Source: a virus. From it: a stretch of DNA of 64,000 nucleotides. Every line of letters begins with the position of its first letter. Within the stretch, counting starts at the first letter, position 1. The notes beneath the pieces are model-generated. The model did no database searches and was not told where the DNA came from. It was given only the letters and a program-made list of their open reading frames with translations. Below, piece by piece: positions 38,939-49,134 of the stretch. A program made the position numbers and the translations under genes. The stretch is taken from positions 9,748-73,747 of IMG/VR virus record IMGVR_UViG_3300025425_000010, one strand, 5' to 3'.

Positions 38939-40765
38939 ATGTTACTTAATTTAAAAATGAAAATCATTGTAAATCCGAATTCAAGGATATATTATAATTC
39001 TATTGGTTATGAGTGTGTTAATTATGAGGAGATTGAAATCAATATCATTGAATTACCGAAAGGGTCTAATATTGAAATTGATGTATGTTGTGATATATGT
39101 AATTTTGGTAAAAAATTAAAATATAATAGTTATTATAAAAATACTAATGGAAATACTACTATTTATACTTGTAAGAAATGTTCACATATAAAATCGAAAA
39201 AAACCTGTTTAGAACGATATGGTGATGAAAATTATACAAATAAGGAACAATCGAAAAAAACCTGTTTAGAACGATATGGTGATGAAAATTATACAAATAG
39301 GAAACAATCGAAAAAAACCTGTTTAGAACGATATGGTGTGGATAATGTCTCTAAATTGGATAATGTGAAAAAAAAGAAGATAGAATCGAATCTCATTAAT
39401 TGGGGTGTTGAGAATGTTTTCCAATCAAATATCATAAAACTTAAAATATACAATACTATACAAGACAAATATGGAACAGATACATATATAAAATCATTGG
39501 ATTTTAAACAGAAATATATGAAATTCTGTGATAAACATGGAGTTGATCATTATTCACAAACAGATGAATTCAAACGGAAGTTCGAAAAAACATGTTTATA
39601 TAGATGGGGGTATAAGACTAATTTAATGAATGATGATATTAAAAAAAGAATTGCTTTGACAAATACAATGAAATATGGATTTGAAAATCACATGATGAAT
39701 ACAACTCAATCATTTAAGGTAGCACAGACCATGATAAATAAGAGGAAAACTTATTATGAATCGTTGGGGTATGAAATGATTGATTATAATTTCGAAAGTA
39801 GAAATTATACATTAATAAAAAAAGATTGTGGTCATGAGTTTAATATAACACATGATTTATTTAGGAGTCGTATAAAATATGGAAATAATTCTTGTTTACA
39901 ATGTTATCCAAAAAATGATATGTCTTCTATTAAAGAGAAAAAATTGGGGGAATTTATCAGTACTATTTCAGATAACGTAATTTATAATTCGAGGAAAATA
40001 TTAAATGGTAAAGAATTGGATGCTTATTTACCAAATAATGGATTGGCTATTGAGTTTAATGGACTTTATTGGCATTCTGATGTTTTTAAGGGAAAATCAT
40101 ATCATTATGATAAAACTATATCATGTAATGATATAGGGGTTGATCTCATGCATATTTGGGAAGATGATTGGGATAATAGAACTGAAATCGTTAAATCAAT
40201 AATAAGATATAGAACTGGTAATATTCATAATAAGATATATGCGAGGAAATGTGAAATTATTGAAATATCAAATAAAGAGAGTAACGTTTTTTTAAATAAA
40301 AATCATATACAGGGTGGTGTGAATGCTGGTAAATGTATATCTCTTAAATATAAGGGTGATATTGTATCTGTCATGACTTTTGGAAAAAGGAATATAAATT
40401 CAAAGCCAAACACTGAATTATTGAGATTTTGTAATAGGATAAATTGTAATGTTGTTGGATCATCTTCTAAAATGTTTAAACATTTTATAAAGAATAATGA
40501 TTTTTCGAAAATAATTTCGTACTCGGATATTTCACTATTTAATGGGGGTGTATATGAGAAATTGGGATTTGAAAATTGTGGAAAGACTTCCTTGAATTAT
40601 TATTGGACAGATTTATATAAAAGGTATCATAGGTTCAATTTTAATAAGAAAAAATTAATAAAAAGGGGATATGATAAAAACAAAACGGAAAATGAAATAA
40701 TGTCTTCATTGGGATATTATAAAATATGGTCTTGTGGTCAAATAAGATGGGAATATAGTAAATGA
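38939..40765 (+). CDS. Hef-like homing endonuclease family protein, paralog 4
   Basis: Tandem SKKTCLERYGDENYTN repeats; ELDAYLP..EFNGLYWH..HIWED. Confidence 0.75.
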   Translation: MLLNLKMKIIVNPNSRIYYNSIGYECVNYEEIEINIIELPKGSNIEIDVCCDICNFGKKLKYNSYYKNTNGNTTIYTCKKCSHIKSKKTCLERYGDENYTNKEQSKKTCLERYGDENYTNRKQSKKTCLERYGVDNVSKLDNVKKKKIESNLINWGVENVFQSNIIKLKIYNTIQDKYGTDTYIKSLDFKQKYMKFCDKHGVDHYSQTDEFKRKFEKTCLYRWGYKTNLMNDDIKKRIALTNTMKYGFENHMMNTTQSFKVAQTMINKRKTYYESLGYEMIDYNFESRNYTLIKKDCGHEFNITHDLFRSRIKYGNNSCLQCYPKNDMSSIKEKKLGEFISTISDNVIYNSRKILNGKELDAYLPNNGLAIEFNGLYWHSDVFKGKSYHYDKTISCNDIGVDLMHIWEDDWDNRTEIVKSIIRYRTGNIHNKIYARKCEIIEISNKESNVFLNKNHIQGGVNAGKCISLKYKGDIVSVMTFGKRNINSKPNTELLRFCNRINCNVVGSSSKMFKHFIKNNDFSKIISYSDISLFNGGVYEKLGFENCGKTSLNYYWTDLYKRYHRFNFNKKKLIKRGYDKNKTENEIMSSLGYYKIWSCGQIRWEYSK

Positions 40766-40977
40766 ACTACAGTATTGTGTATAATGGACTACAACATTAT
40801 GAATCGTGTGACTTTTTCGGAGGTGATACTGGATTTAAAAAAAGGAAAATTCTAGATAATATAAAAAGAGAATATTGTAATAATAATAATATACGATTGG
40901 AGGTAATATCATATTATTATAATAGCATTAAAAGAATTAAAGAAAAATTAATTAAGATATTTAATGAAAAAAATTGA
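40762..40977 (+). pseudogene. C-terminal remnant of another Vsr/DUF559-like endonuclease
   Basis: YNGLQHY..FFGG..DNIKREYC..NNIRL..ISY. Confidence 0.6.
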
Positions 40978-42808
40978 AGACAGATATAAAAAATTAGATG
41001 AAATATCACATCTACTATTAAGACCATCCATGTATATTGGATCAATTAAAACACAAACTTTAAAGAAATATGTTTTGGATGATGGTAAAATGATTCAAAA
41101 AGAAATTACCTATAGTCCTGGATTTTTAAAATTATTTGATGAAATTATAATGAACTCAATCGATGAGAGTAAGAGAATTCGAACCAAACTGAATATTATA
41201 AAAATAAATATAGATTTGGATACTAATAATATATCTATATATGATAATGGTGGAATGCCTGTCGTAAAACACAAGGAATATAAGGAATGGATACCTGAAC
41301 TTGTATTTTCTTCATTTAGGGCTGGATCCAACTTTAATGAAGATGAATCAAGAACTTGGGCAGGAACTAACGGTGTTGGATCAGTTATTACTAATGTATT
41401 TTCCAAAAAATTCAAAATAACAACATGTGATGGTAAGAATAAATTCTCACAAACATTCTCAGATAACATGGGAAAGAGGTCAAAACCATCAGTATCCAAG
41501 TCCAAAAAGGGACACACTGAAATATCATATATTACAGATTTTGAAAAATTCGGAATGAAGAAGATTGACCAATATCATTTACTTATTATACAAAAAAGGA
41601 TAATTGATATTGCTGGATGTAATCCCAAACTCAAAATATATTTCAATGGTGATCTATTTCCAATAAAAACCTTTGAGGATTATATAAAGTTATATAATAG
41701 TGATGTGTTATTTGAGGAGAATAAACAGAAAACATGGTCTATCGGGTTGTGTGTATCGGGAGAAGGATTTCAACAAATATCATTCGTCAATTCCATTGAA
41801 ACGTATGATGGTGGGTCACATGTGGATTATGTATTGAACCAGATATTATCAAAGGTTCGAGAACATTTCAAGAAAAAATACAAAGTCGATGTAAAGCCAT
41901 CTGAAATAAAAAATCATCTAATGTTTTTTCTTGATGCGGAGGTTATTAATCCAAGTTTTAATTCACAAACAAAAGAGAAATTAATTACAGAGTCTAAAGA
42001 TTTTGGAACAGAATATATAGTTAGTGATAAGTTAATTAAATCAATACTTGATTCAGAGATAGTTGAATCAATACTAGACTGGATATCACGTAAGAAAATA
42101 GCTGATGAAAATAAATTAGCTAGGAATTTGAATAAGAGTCTTCTTAAGAAGAAAGTAGATAAACTCATCGATGCTAAGGGTAAAACTCGTTGGAAATGTA
42201 GTCTTGGAATTTTTGAGGGGGATTCAGCCACCTCGGCATTTCGTAAATATAGAACACCCGAAACGATGGGTGCTTTCGCCTTGAAGGGTAAGTTTATGAA
42301 TGTTACTGACATATCGAGTGATAAATTCGTTAATAATGCCGAGGTAGTCAATTTGATGGGTGCTATTGGGTTGAAATTGGGTAAAGAGCCAGAACTTAAA
42401 AATCTTAGGTATGGTAGAATATTGATATATTCTGATGCTGATGTTGATGGTAGTTCGATTACAGCACTACTTATTAACTTTTTTTACCGTTACTGGCCCA
42501 AACTATTTGACATGAATATGATATATAAAGTAGAAACTCCCATAGTAGTTGCTAGTAAGAAAGGTAGTAAAACGAAATCTTTATTCTACACACAAGATGA
42601 ATACAAATCTTGGTTGAAGAAGGTTAATATTTCGAACTGGGAGGTTAAGTATAAGAAGGGTCTGGCTGCATTGGTTGATGATGAGTATAATGAAATTATA
42701 AACAAACCTCGATTAGTCAGAATAGATTCAACTAAGAAGTCAGAGGATTATTTGGACATTTGGTTCGGTAAAGACTCTGACCTTAGAAAAAAAGAAATGT
42801 TGAAATAA
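40964..42808 (+). CDS. Type IIA DNA topoisomerase, B/gp39+60-like subunit
   Basis: LRPSMYIGS, EIIMNSID, DNGG, GTNGVG, EGDSA and DADVDG motifs. Confidence 0.95.
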   Translation: MKKIEDRYKKLDEISHLLLRPSMYIGSIKTQTLKKYVLDDGKMIQKEITYSPGFLKLFDEIIMNSIDESKRIRTKLNIIKINIDLDTNNISIYDNGGMPVVKHKEYKEWIPELVFSSFRAGSNFNEDESRTWAGTNGVGSVITNVFSKKFKITTCDGKNKFSQTFSDNMGKRSKPSVSKSKKGHTEISYITDFEKFGMKKIDQYHLLIIQKRIIDIAGCNPKLKIYFNGDLFPIKTFEDYIKLYNSDVLFEENKQKTWSIGLCVSGEGFQQISFVNSIETYDGGSHVDYVLNQILSKVREHFKKKYKVDVKPSEIKNHLMFFLDAEVINPSFNSQTKEKLITESKDFGTEYIVSDKLIKSILDSEIVESILDWISRKKIADENKLARNLNKSLLKKKVDKLIDAKGKTRWKCSLGIFEGDSATSAFRKYRTPETMGAFALKGKFMNVTDISSDKFVNNAEVVNLMGAIGLKLGKEPELKNLRYGRILIYSDADVDGSSITALLINFFYRYWPKLFDMNMIYKVETPIVVASKKGSKTKSLFYTQDEYKSWLKKVNISNWEVKYKKGLAALVDDEYNEIINKPRLVRIDSTKKSEDYLDIWFGKDSDLRKKEMLK

Positions 42809-43257
42809 TGTCATTACTACACCATGGCGGTTCATTTTTTTCTCCGCTAGTACATAATAATCAATATGAGTTTGACCTTATCGATACGGATAATGATATT
42901 TTTATATCTAGTATGTGGCCGAATAAGATAAAGTATGTGTCTAGAAAAAAAAGAGACCGAATAAAACTATCATACCTCATAAAAGAGAAAGATTTACAAA
43001 AATCACCAATATCAACTCTATTTAAGAATATATTTTCTGGATTATTAAGCATATGTGATGATAAAGGATTAGTAATTCATCATGAATTATTATACATGGA
43101 GTTCCATAGTTCCGAAGTGAATATGTTTGGTGATCATATTGGTATTCTGACCTTTGATGTAATCTTCGAAATAACGAAAACTGAATTAATTGATTTAGAT
43201 TATAAACTTAATCGTGAAAAACTCATAAGAAAGTATAAATTAGATAAGTTAATTTGA
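42808..43257 (+). CDS. Hypothetical protein with C-terminal tag
   Basis: Ends RKYKLDKLI. Confidence 0.55.
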   Translation: MSLLHHGGSFFSPLVHNNQYEFDLIDTDNDIFISSMWPNKIKYVSRKKRDRIKLSYLIKEKDLQKSPISTLFKNIFSGLLSICDDKGLVIHHELLYMEFHSSEVNMFGDHIGILTFDVIFEITKTELIDLDYKLNREKLIRKYKLDKLI

Positions 43258-43267
43258 TTATCACTAA

Positions 43268-43588
43268 ATGATCAGAGACCGACAGTGGAGAAGACATATT
43301 AAAGAGATGTCACAAAGGCGTAATTATACGGTATATAGACGCTTTTATAACTATTATGATATTAATGGTGTTAGGCGAGAACACCCTCATTGGTTTGAGT
43401 GTATAGGTGATAAATCCTTTCATGGTAGTCCACACAGTAGGTATAATGTTAAATATTCACCAAATACACTTGGGAAATATAGAGATTATAAAAAAAAGAA
43501 TGGTGGGTTTTCTACTGGGTTGAGGGAGAAAGATAAAATTATGTATAAGAATATTATAGAAGACATACTTTATGAAATGGGAAGATAG
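43268..43588 (+). CDS. Basic hypothetical protein
   Basis: ORF in operon. Confidence 0.55.
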   Translation: MIRDRQWRRHIKEMSQRRNYTVYRRFYNYYDINGVRREHPHWFECIGDKSFHGSPHSRYNVKYSPNTLGKYRDYKKKNGGFSTGLREKDKIMYKNIIEDILYEMGR

Positions 43589-44117
43589 ATATGTAGATGG
43601 ACCTGATTACACCATTAAAGACGATGTTGTTTTTGTTCTTAAGAATTTCGTACAGATAACCTTGTTCCGTAAAATTGATGATAAACGTGTTCAGGTTTCT
43701 TTTGATAGAAGAGTAGTAAATTTTATTAAGAGAGAGATTTTACACCTTATTAAACACGATGTAGAATTTGAATTTATATCACCTATGATGTTTGATCCTA
43801 AGTTTATGAGAAGAGATTATGATATTATATACAGGGAAAATTTGAGAAATATGTTAGAGAACTATCGATTCAAAACATTCTTTCTATTTTTCAAAAAGCA
43901 TAATATTAATTTTATGTCAAAATTAGTAATTTATGTAAATGAAACAGACACTCATCAAATATTTGATGAGGAATTTGATAAGGTCAACAAGTCAGTACAA
44001 AAAGCCCATCAGGATTGGTTTTATAATGGTCCTGTTACCTATTTGGATTCGGAAGAAATCCGTGATTTTTTTTCATCGTTTAAACGGAATATGAAATTAA
44101 CACAGATACTTTTATGA
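43572..44117 (+). CDS. Hypothetical protein with C-terminal tag
   Basis: Ends RNMKLTQILL. Confidence 0.6.
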   Translation: MKWEDRYVDGPDYTIKDDVVFVLKNFVQITLFRKIDDKRVQVSFDRRVVNFIKREILHLIKHDVEFEFISPMMFDPKFMRRDYDIIYRENLRNMLENYRFKTFFLFFKKHNINFMSKLVIYVNETDTHQIFDEEFDKVNKSVQKAHQDWFYNGPVTYLDSEEIRDFFSSFKRNMKLTQILL

Positions 44118-45046
44118 AATGGAATACGAATTTAGTTGAGTTATGGAATGATGATATTCGGTTGCGAAGAGATGGAAAACTTCGTGATTTACTCGATAAG
44201 GGTAGTCTTGAATTACCCAAGGGTAGTCCATACATCGACCAAACCACTTTAAGATCAACAGATAATTTCGAATATAATGAGTTGGAAGTTGATGAGATGC
44301 TTAAAGTATTTAGTAATTTCGATAGATTGATTGAGAACCATATAACCATAGAAAATTCTAAAATTAAACTAAGGGGATATCAGAAGGATATGCTTGATAA
44401 ATTACACTTATCTTCGTTTGAAATTGTATGTCATTCTCGACAACTTGGTATGTCTATGATGTTGAGGTTATATATATTACGTTGTGTGTGTGTGGGAAAA
44501 GATGTTGTGGTTATATGTAATAATAATTTTGTGAGAGTTGATGATATAAAGAAATTTAAAGAATTATTAGAAAGCCTACCATATTACATGCAACCGGCTT
44601 TGAAATCTCGTAGTAAGAATAATTTCATATTTTATAAATCGAAGGTTGTTTTTACGAACAGTACCCTTGGGCATGAGGAAACGACTGTTATGATATTTTC
44701 AGATGCTGCTTTCAATACTAAATTTCAACTACAATTTGAGAAAACCGTGACAATTAGAAGGGTTTCTATTAAAAAAGATTTACAAACAATGGTATTTTCC
44801 GGATCGAACATAGGTTCGTATTTCAATAAGTTTTTCCTTTTTGAAAAAAATAATCCGTGGAATACTAGCTATTCAAATTTCAATAGAACAATTTTAACAC
44901 ATAACGTAGTTACTCGTAAAGAAAATTGGGAAGATAATCTACGTGGAATCATTGGTGATAAACAGTTTCTCATTCAATATTCTTGTTGTATGGATGAAAA
45001 AATATTAAATAGATACGATGTGCTTAGAAATATCTTAAACAAATGA
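44114..45046 (+). CDS. Degenerate terminase large subunit ATPase-like protein
   Basis: KLRGYQ (Q motif), SRQLGMS (vs RQxGKT), LPYYMQP, FSDAAF (vs DEAAF), FLIQY.C; no nuclease domain. Confidence 0.65.
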   Translation: MKWNTNLVELWNDDIRLRRDGKLRDLLDKGSLELPKGSPYIDQTTLRSTDNFEYNELEVDEMLKVFSNFDRLIENHITIENSKIKLRGYQKDMLDKLHLSSFEIVCHSRQLGMSMMLRLYILRCVCVGKDVVVICNNNFVRVDDIKKFKELLESLPYYMQPALKSRSKNNFIFYKSKVVFTNSTLGHEETTVMIFSDAAFNTKFQLQFEKTVTIRRVSIKKDLQTMVFSGSNIGSYFNKFFLFEKNNPWNTSYSNFNRTILTHNVVTRKENWEDNLRGIIGDKQFLIQYSCCMDEKILNRYDVLRNILNK

Positions 45047-45203
45047 CTTAAAATACCTTATGAACTACACCAGTATATACTTCTCCCTTTTAAACTTTTT
45101 TCAAAAACTAATATATAATTAATCAATTGTGTCTTTTATCACACACACACTTCGTGATGAGTGTGTTTTACGACACGTTATATAAAAAGAAAACATAATT
45201 GAT

Positions 45204-46181
45204 ATGTTACTTAATTTAATATTAGATGGAAACTACATTTTATCAAAACTAGTGTTCACATTACACAAAAATAACCTATTATATGGAGCTCTTGACCAAG
45301 CGTTGGAGAATTCATTTAAAAACTACCGTAAATGGTATCCATTTCATCAAATCTACTTGGTTAGTGATTCAAAAGAGAAGTCATGGAGAAAACAACTTAA
45401 TAACAAATATAAAGATACTCGTAAGAAAGATTCCGCCATCGATTGGGGGTTTGTATATGATACATATAATGCCTTTAAAGAAAGGCGTAATTTGATAAAA
45501 GTACTTGAATATCCTAGAGTTGAGGGTGATGATTGGATTGCTTTGATTTGTGAAAAAACTAACCTAAGAGGAGAATCAAATCTTATTGTAACAAATGACC
45601 ATGATATAAAACAATTATTAAGATTTAATTTGAATGAGGGTTGGATGAATTTTATGTCAAATGAAATGTATAATAATAAGAATATTTTCATGCCTAAGAA
45701 CTACAAGATGTTGTTATCACAAGTCCGTGATAAGCCAAATGAAGATATATTCAATATGAATGATGATTCTACATTTTTAAAATTATGTGAAGATTTATCA
45801 AAGAAATACAAAACAAACGAAGTTGATTGGACTCAATCACTAGTCACTAAGATAATTTCTGGTGATGTATCTGATAATATAAAATCGGTGTATGTTTCTA
45901 AAACCTCCACTGGGAAGGTGAGAGGTATCGGTGCAACTGGTGCTCAGACTATATTTGGTCAGTATATTAGAGAGTTTGGTGAAATAGATATGGAAGACCC
46001 AGACTTGGCTGAGAACATAGGTGACATAATCTGTGAGAAGAAGAAGATATCAAAAACTGAGATTGTTAATATATCAAAAAGAGTTGAAGAGAACAGGAAA
46101 ATGGTTCAGTTGAGAACTGAATTCTTCCCAGTTGATATTAGAGATGTGTTAGAAGAAAAATGGACCAATGTAGATGCTTAA
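45204..46181 (+). CDS. T4-type RNase H / 5'-3' exonuclease
   Basis: ILDGN, SWRK..YK..R, EGDDWIA, NDHDIKQL and GDVSDNI motifs. Confidence 0.88.
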   Translation: MLLNLILDGNYILSKLVFTLHKNNLLYGALDQALENSFKNYRKWYPFHQIYLVSDSKEKSWRKQLNNKYKDTRKKDSAIDWGFVYDTYNAFKERRNLIKVLEYPRVEGDDWIALICEKTNLRGESNLIVTNDHDIKQLLRFNLNEGWMNFMSNEMYNNKNIFMPKNYKMLLSQVRDKPNEDIFNMNDDSTFLKLCEDLSKKYKTNEVDWTQSLVTKIISGDVSDNIKSVYVSKTSTGKVRGIGATGAQTIFGQYIREFGEIDMEDPDLAENIGDIICEKKKISKTEIVNISKRVEENRKMVQLRTEFFPVDIRDVLEEKWTNVDA

Positions 46182-46500
46182 CATTGATAGCTGGGAACAA
46201 TTTGTCACACAATTGTATGGACTCACCAATACTAAATTGATTAAATTTACAGCATATTATATAAGTTCATCAAGTGGTTTTACTAAAGGTAATATGATTC
46301 TACTACATAGTAAATTTGATATGATTAGAAAGACTCCTATACCACTAGATGGTGAGGTGTTGGAGAGTTCTGAGTTGTTAGAATGGGATTCTTTTATAAC
46401 ATATGACCAACTTTTTGATATTTTTCCAATAGAATTCCTTGAAAAGTATGATATGATGATGGTACGTAACTGGAAGATTAAAAAACTTATTGATGAGTAA
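46174..46500 (+). CDS. Hypothetical protein with C-terminal tag
   Basis: Ends RNWKIKKLIDE. Confidence 0.55.
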   Translation: MLNIDSWEQFVTQLYGLTNTKLIKFTAYYISSSSGFTKGNMILLHSKFDMIRKTPIPLDGEVLESSELLEWDSFITYDQLFDIFPIEFLEKYDMMMVRNWKIKKLIDE

Positions 46501-46885
46501 TTTACTAGAAATAACAAATTCTATATTCAAATATAGATCAAATTGGTCTAAAATAACCGATGAGGATAAAGAAAAGAACGCTTTCATAATTAATAGGTTT
46601 CTGTCGAAGACATACCCTAGACGAGCTATGATGCTCAATCTCAAAACACAAAATCTAGTAAGTACTATGAATATATGGTACTACTTCATGGCTGATGAAC
46701 GATATCCAAAAGATTTTTGGTCTAAATCACCTAAAATAAAGGATAATATTGTTGGGAAAGATAAACAGTTATTGATTGAAAAATTACAACTGGATAAGAA
46801 AGAAGACCTTGAATACTTAATCGAACATCATCCAGACCTAATTAAAGAAGAACTTAAATGGTTAAAGAAAAATAAAAGAAATTAA
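46493..46885 (+). CDS. Clamp loader small subunit (gp62)-like
   Basis: FIINRFLS...AMMLN pattern; replication gene context. Confidence 0.5.
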   Translation: MSNLLEITNSIFKYRSNWSKITDEDKEKNAFIINRFLSKTYPRRAMMLNLKTQNLVSTMNIWYYFMADERYPKDFWSKSPKIKDNIVGKDKQLLIEKLQLDKKEDLEYLIEHHPDLIKEELKWLKKNKRN

Positions 46886-46914
46886 ACTAAAATTATAAAC
46901 TGAATAGAAGAAAT

Positions 46915-47457
46915 ATGGATAATACAAGAAATATGCAATGGTACGCCATTAAGACACAAAATAGTAAAGAAGTATTTGTACTCGAAAGAATCAAATCCGA
47001 ACTTGATGGAGATGGATTGGCTTATGTGCTGGGTGAATCAATAATACCTATGGAGAAAAACCTATCTATTAAAGGTGGTAAAAAGGTTATTAAAGATAAA
47101 ATCGTGATGCCAGGATACATTTTCTTAGAGACTACGGCAACCGGAGAAGTTAATAGGGTTATGAGAAACATCACTGGTGCTGGTGGATTTTTAAAGGGTA
47201 GAGATGGTCGAATTGAAAGGATGAGACAGATAGAGGTTGATAAACTTTTCAAAGACCACAAAGAAGAACAAGAATTAGACATCTCTAGTCTTTACATCGT
47301 TGATGAGAAAGTGAAAGTAACAGACGGAGCTTTTTCAACATTCATAGGTAAAGTAACCGATGTTGATTCTAATCAACAGAAATTGAAACTACAAATTGAG
47401 ATTTTTGGTAGAGTAACTGATATTGAGTTAAATTTTGAACAAGTAGAGAAAACATAA
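46915..47457 (+). CDS. nusG: Transcription termination/antitermination factor NusG
   Basis: WYAI, MPGYIFLE, KOW motif VKVTDGAFSTFIGKV, IFGRVTDIEL. Confidence 0.92.
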   Translation: MDNTRNMQWYAIKTQNSKEVFVLERIKSELDGDGLAYVLGESIIPMEKNLSIKGGKKVIKDKIVMPGYIFLETTATGEVNRVMRNITGAGGFLKGRDGRIERMRQIEVDKLFKDHKEEQELDISSLYIVDEKVKVTDGAFSTFIGKVTDVDSNQQKLKLQIEIFGRVTDIELNFEQVEKT

Positions 47458-47501
47458 ATGTGTCTAAAATTTAATATGTAAACATAAATAGAAATTGTGT
47501 T

Positions 47502-47843
47502 ATGTTGATTATTAAAAAGAAGCAAGATTTGAGAGGTCGTAGATTTGGTAGACTTGAGGTTATTGAATTAATTGAGTTTGATGAAAGTCATAAACGTAAC
47601 CATAAATGGCTTACTAATTGTGATTCCAAACCGTCATGTGTTAAAAAAACAAGAACTAAGAATACTCAGGAAATTATCTATAATGGTATTGATAGGGTAG
47701 ATAATGAAATTGGTTATGAAATTGGGAATGTCGTGCCTTGTTGTAAAATGTGTAATATATCGAAACATGCGTATCATGTTGATGAATTTTATGAATGGGT
47801 AGTTAGTGTATATAATAATTTGAAGAGTAAAGAAATAATATGA
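47502..47843 (+). pseudogene. Internally deleted HNH homing endonuclease
   Basis: DLRGRRFGRLEV N-motif joined to GIDRVDN..GY..GNVVPCC..CN. Confidence 0.55.
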
Positions 47844-48601
47844 TGTTGGTATCTATTAATAAAGTATATGGTAATTGTAAGGTATTATCACCTGATGGTG
47901 AACTTATGTTTCTGTGTCGTGAGAAAAAGGTTAATTGGTATTTGAAAAGGGAATTGGCTTATACGGTTGATGATAATCCTATCACAATACAATTGAATTT
48001 TGAGCCGAATGGTAAAGGTTACCATGGTAGTGATTGGGGTTTGTCCGAAATGCATAACAGATGTGTTAATTGTGGTGAAGGTGATAAAATTAATAGACAT
48101 CATGTGGTGCCTTATTGCTATCGTAAATTCTTCACAACTAAATTAAAGTCACATAATTCACATGATGTATTACTGATGTGCCCGGATTGCCATGATGCGT
48201 ATGAGAGAAAGGCTGATGTTCTAAAATTGAAGTTATCTAAGATATATGATTCTCCTTTATCGGGATCGAATATTTTTGATAGAGAGAGTTCAAAGATGAA
48301 AAGATTGGTTAGTTGTATCGTAAATCACTCTAATGATATTCCTGATGAAAAACTAAAAGAGATAAAACAAAATATACTAAATAACTACGGTTGGAAACGA
48401 CTTACAAATAAGAGAATTGATTGGATTAATTCAATAAAGACTCATCGGAATTTAAAGACTCATGGTGAGATGGTGTGTGAGAAGATAGATGATTATCAAG
48501 TATTTATAAAAATGTGGAGAACTCATTTTGTGAATAATAATACTTGTGAGTATTTGCCAGAGAATTGGTCAATAGATTATGAACATATTGTACAGAAATG
48601 A
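47840..48601 (+). CDS. HNH-like protein resembling the C-terminal domain of eukaryotic EXD2
   Basis: YGNC...SPDG...WYL...FEP.G...NRCVNCG...HHVVP..YRK.F...KSHNSHDVLLMCPDCH. Confidence 0.7.
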   Translation: MMLVSINKVYGNCKVLSPDGELMFLCREKKVNWYLKRELAYTVDDNPITIQLNFEPNGKGYHGSDWGLSEMHNRCVNCGEGDKINRHHVVPYCYRKFFTTKLKSHNSHDVLLMCPDCHDAYERKADVLKLKLSKIYDSPLSGSNIFDRESSKMKRLVSCIVNHSNDIPDEKLKEIKQNILNNYGWKRLTNKRIDWINSIKTHRNLKTHGEMVCEKIDDYQVFIKMWRTHFVNNNTCEYLPENWSIDYEHIVQK

Positions 48602-49134
48602 AAAAAAAAGAAAAAAAAGAAAAATTGTTAGTATCGTCTCTCGATAGTTATAGAGAGAAACGAATACATAGAGTTGATAGAAATTGTTTAAGTTCGTTGA
48701 AGATACTGTTTTATAATTCGAAACTTGATAGTAATACATCGATTGCTTGTCTTCACCCAAAGTACTGGTGGGATAGTATAATCGATGTTTTTTATGATAA
48801 CGTTACTTATGTCCAGTGTGACTTCGATGTGGCTATGGAAAAATTAGTACCAGATACTAAATCATCTGAAGTATATTATCGACAGGTTACTACTAATTAT
48901 GTCTGTGAAAATATTGATTTCGATACAATCGATGAGATGTGTCTATGGTTCAAAAAGAACAAATTTAACAACATATCTTTATATCGGATGGTTAAAAAAG
49001 TTGATATGCAGATATTGAAAGAATGGTATAGTGTAACGTATACATTCATAGTAGATAAACAAGAATCTAGAAATAATAAGATAGAACACATTATGGATAA
49101 TGGTGAAGCTGATTATGAAAATTTACCATTTTAA
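48598..49134 (+). CDS. Hypothetical protein with near-C-terminal tag
   Basis: RNNKIEHIM, then an acidic tail ending LPF. Confidence 0.55.
   Translation: MKKKEKKEKLLVSSLDSYREKRIHRVDRNCLSSLKILFYNSKLDSNTSIACLHPKYWWDSIIDVFYDNVTYVQCDFDVAMEKLVPDTKSSEVYYRQVTTNYVCENIDFDTIDEMCLWFKKNKFNNISLYRMVKKVDMQILKEWYSVTYTFIVDKQESRNNKIEHIMDNGEADYENLPF

Noticed and set aside
42808-43257. Degenerate tail-tube paralog
   Set aside because: Only a faint resemblance; not supportable without a profile search.
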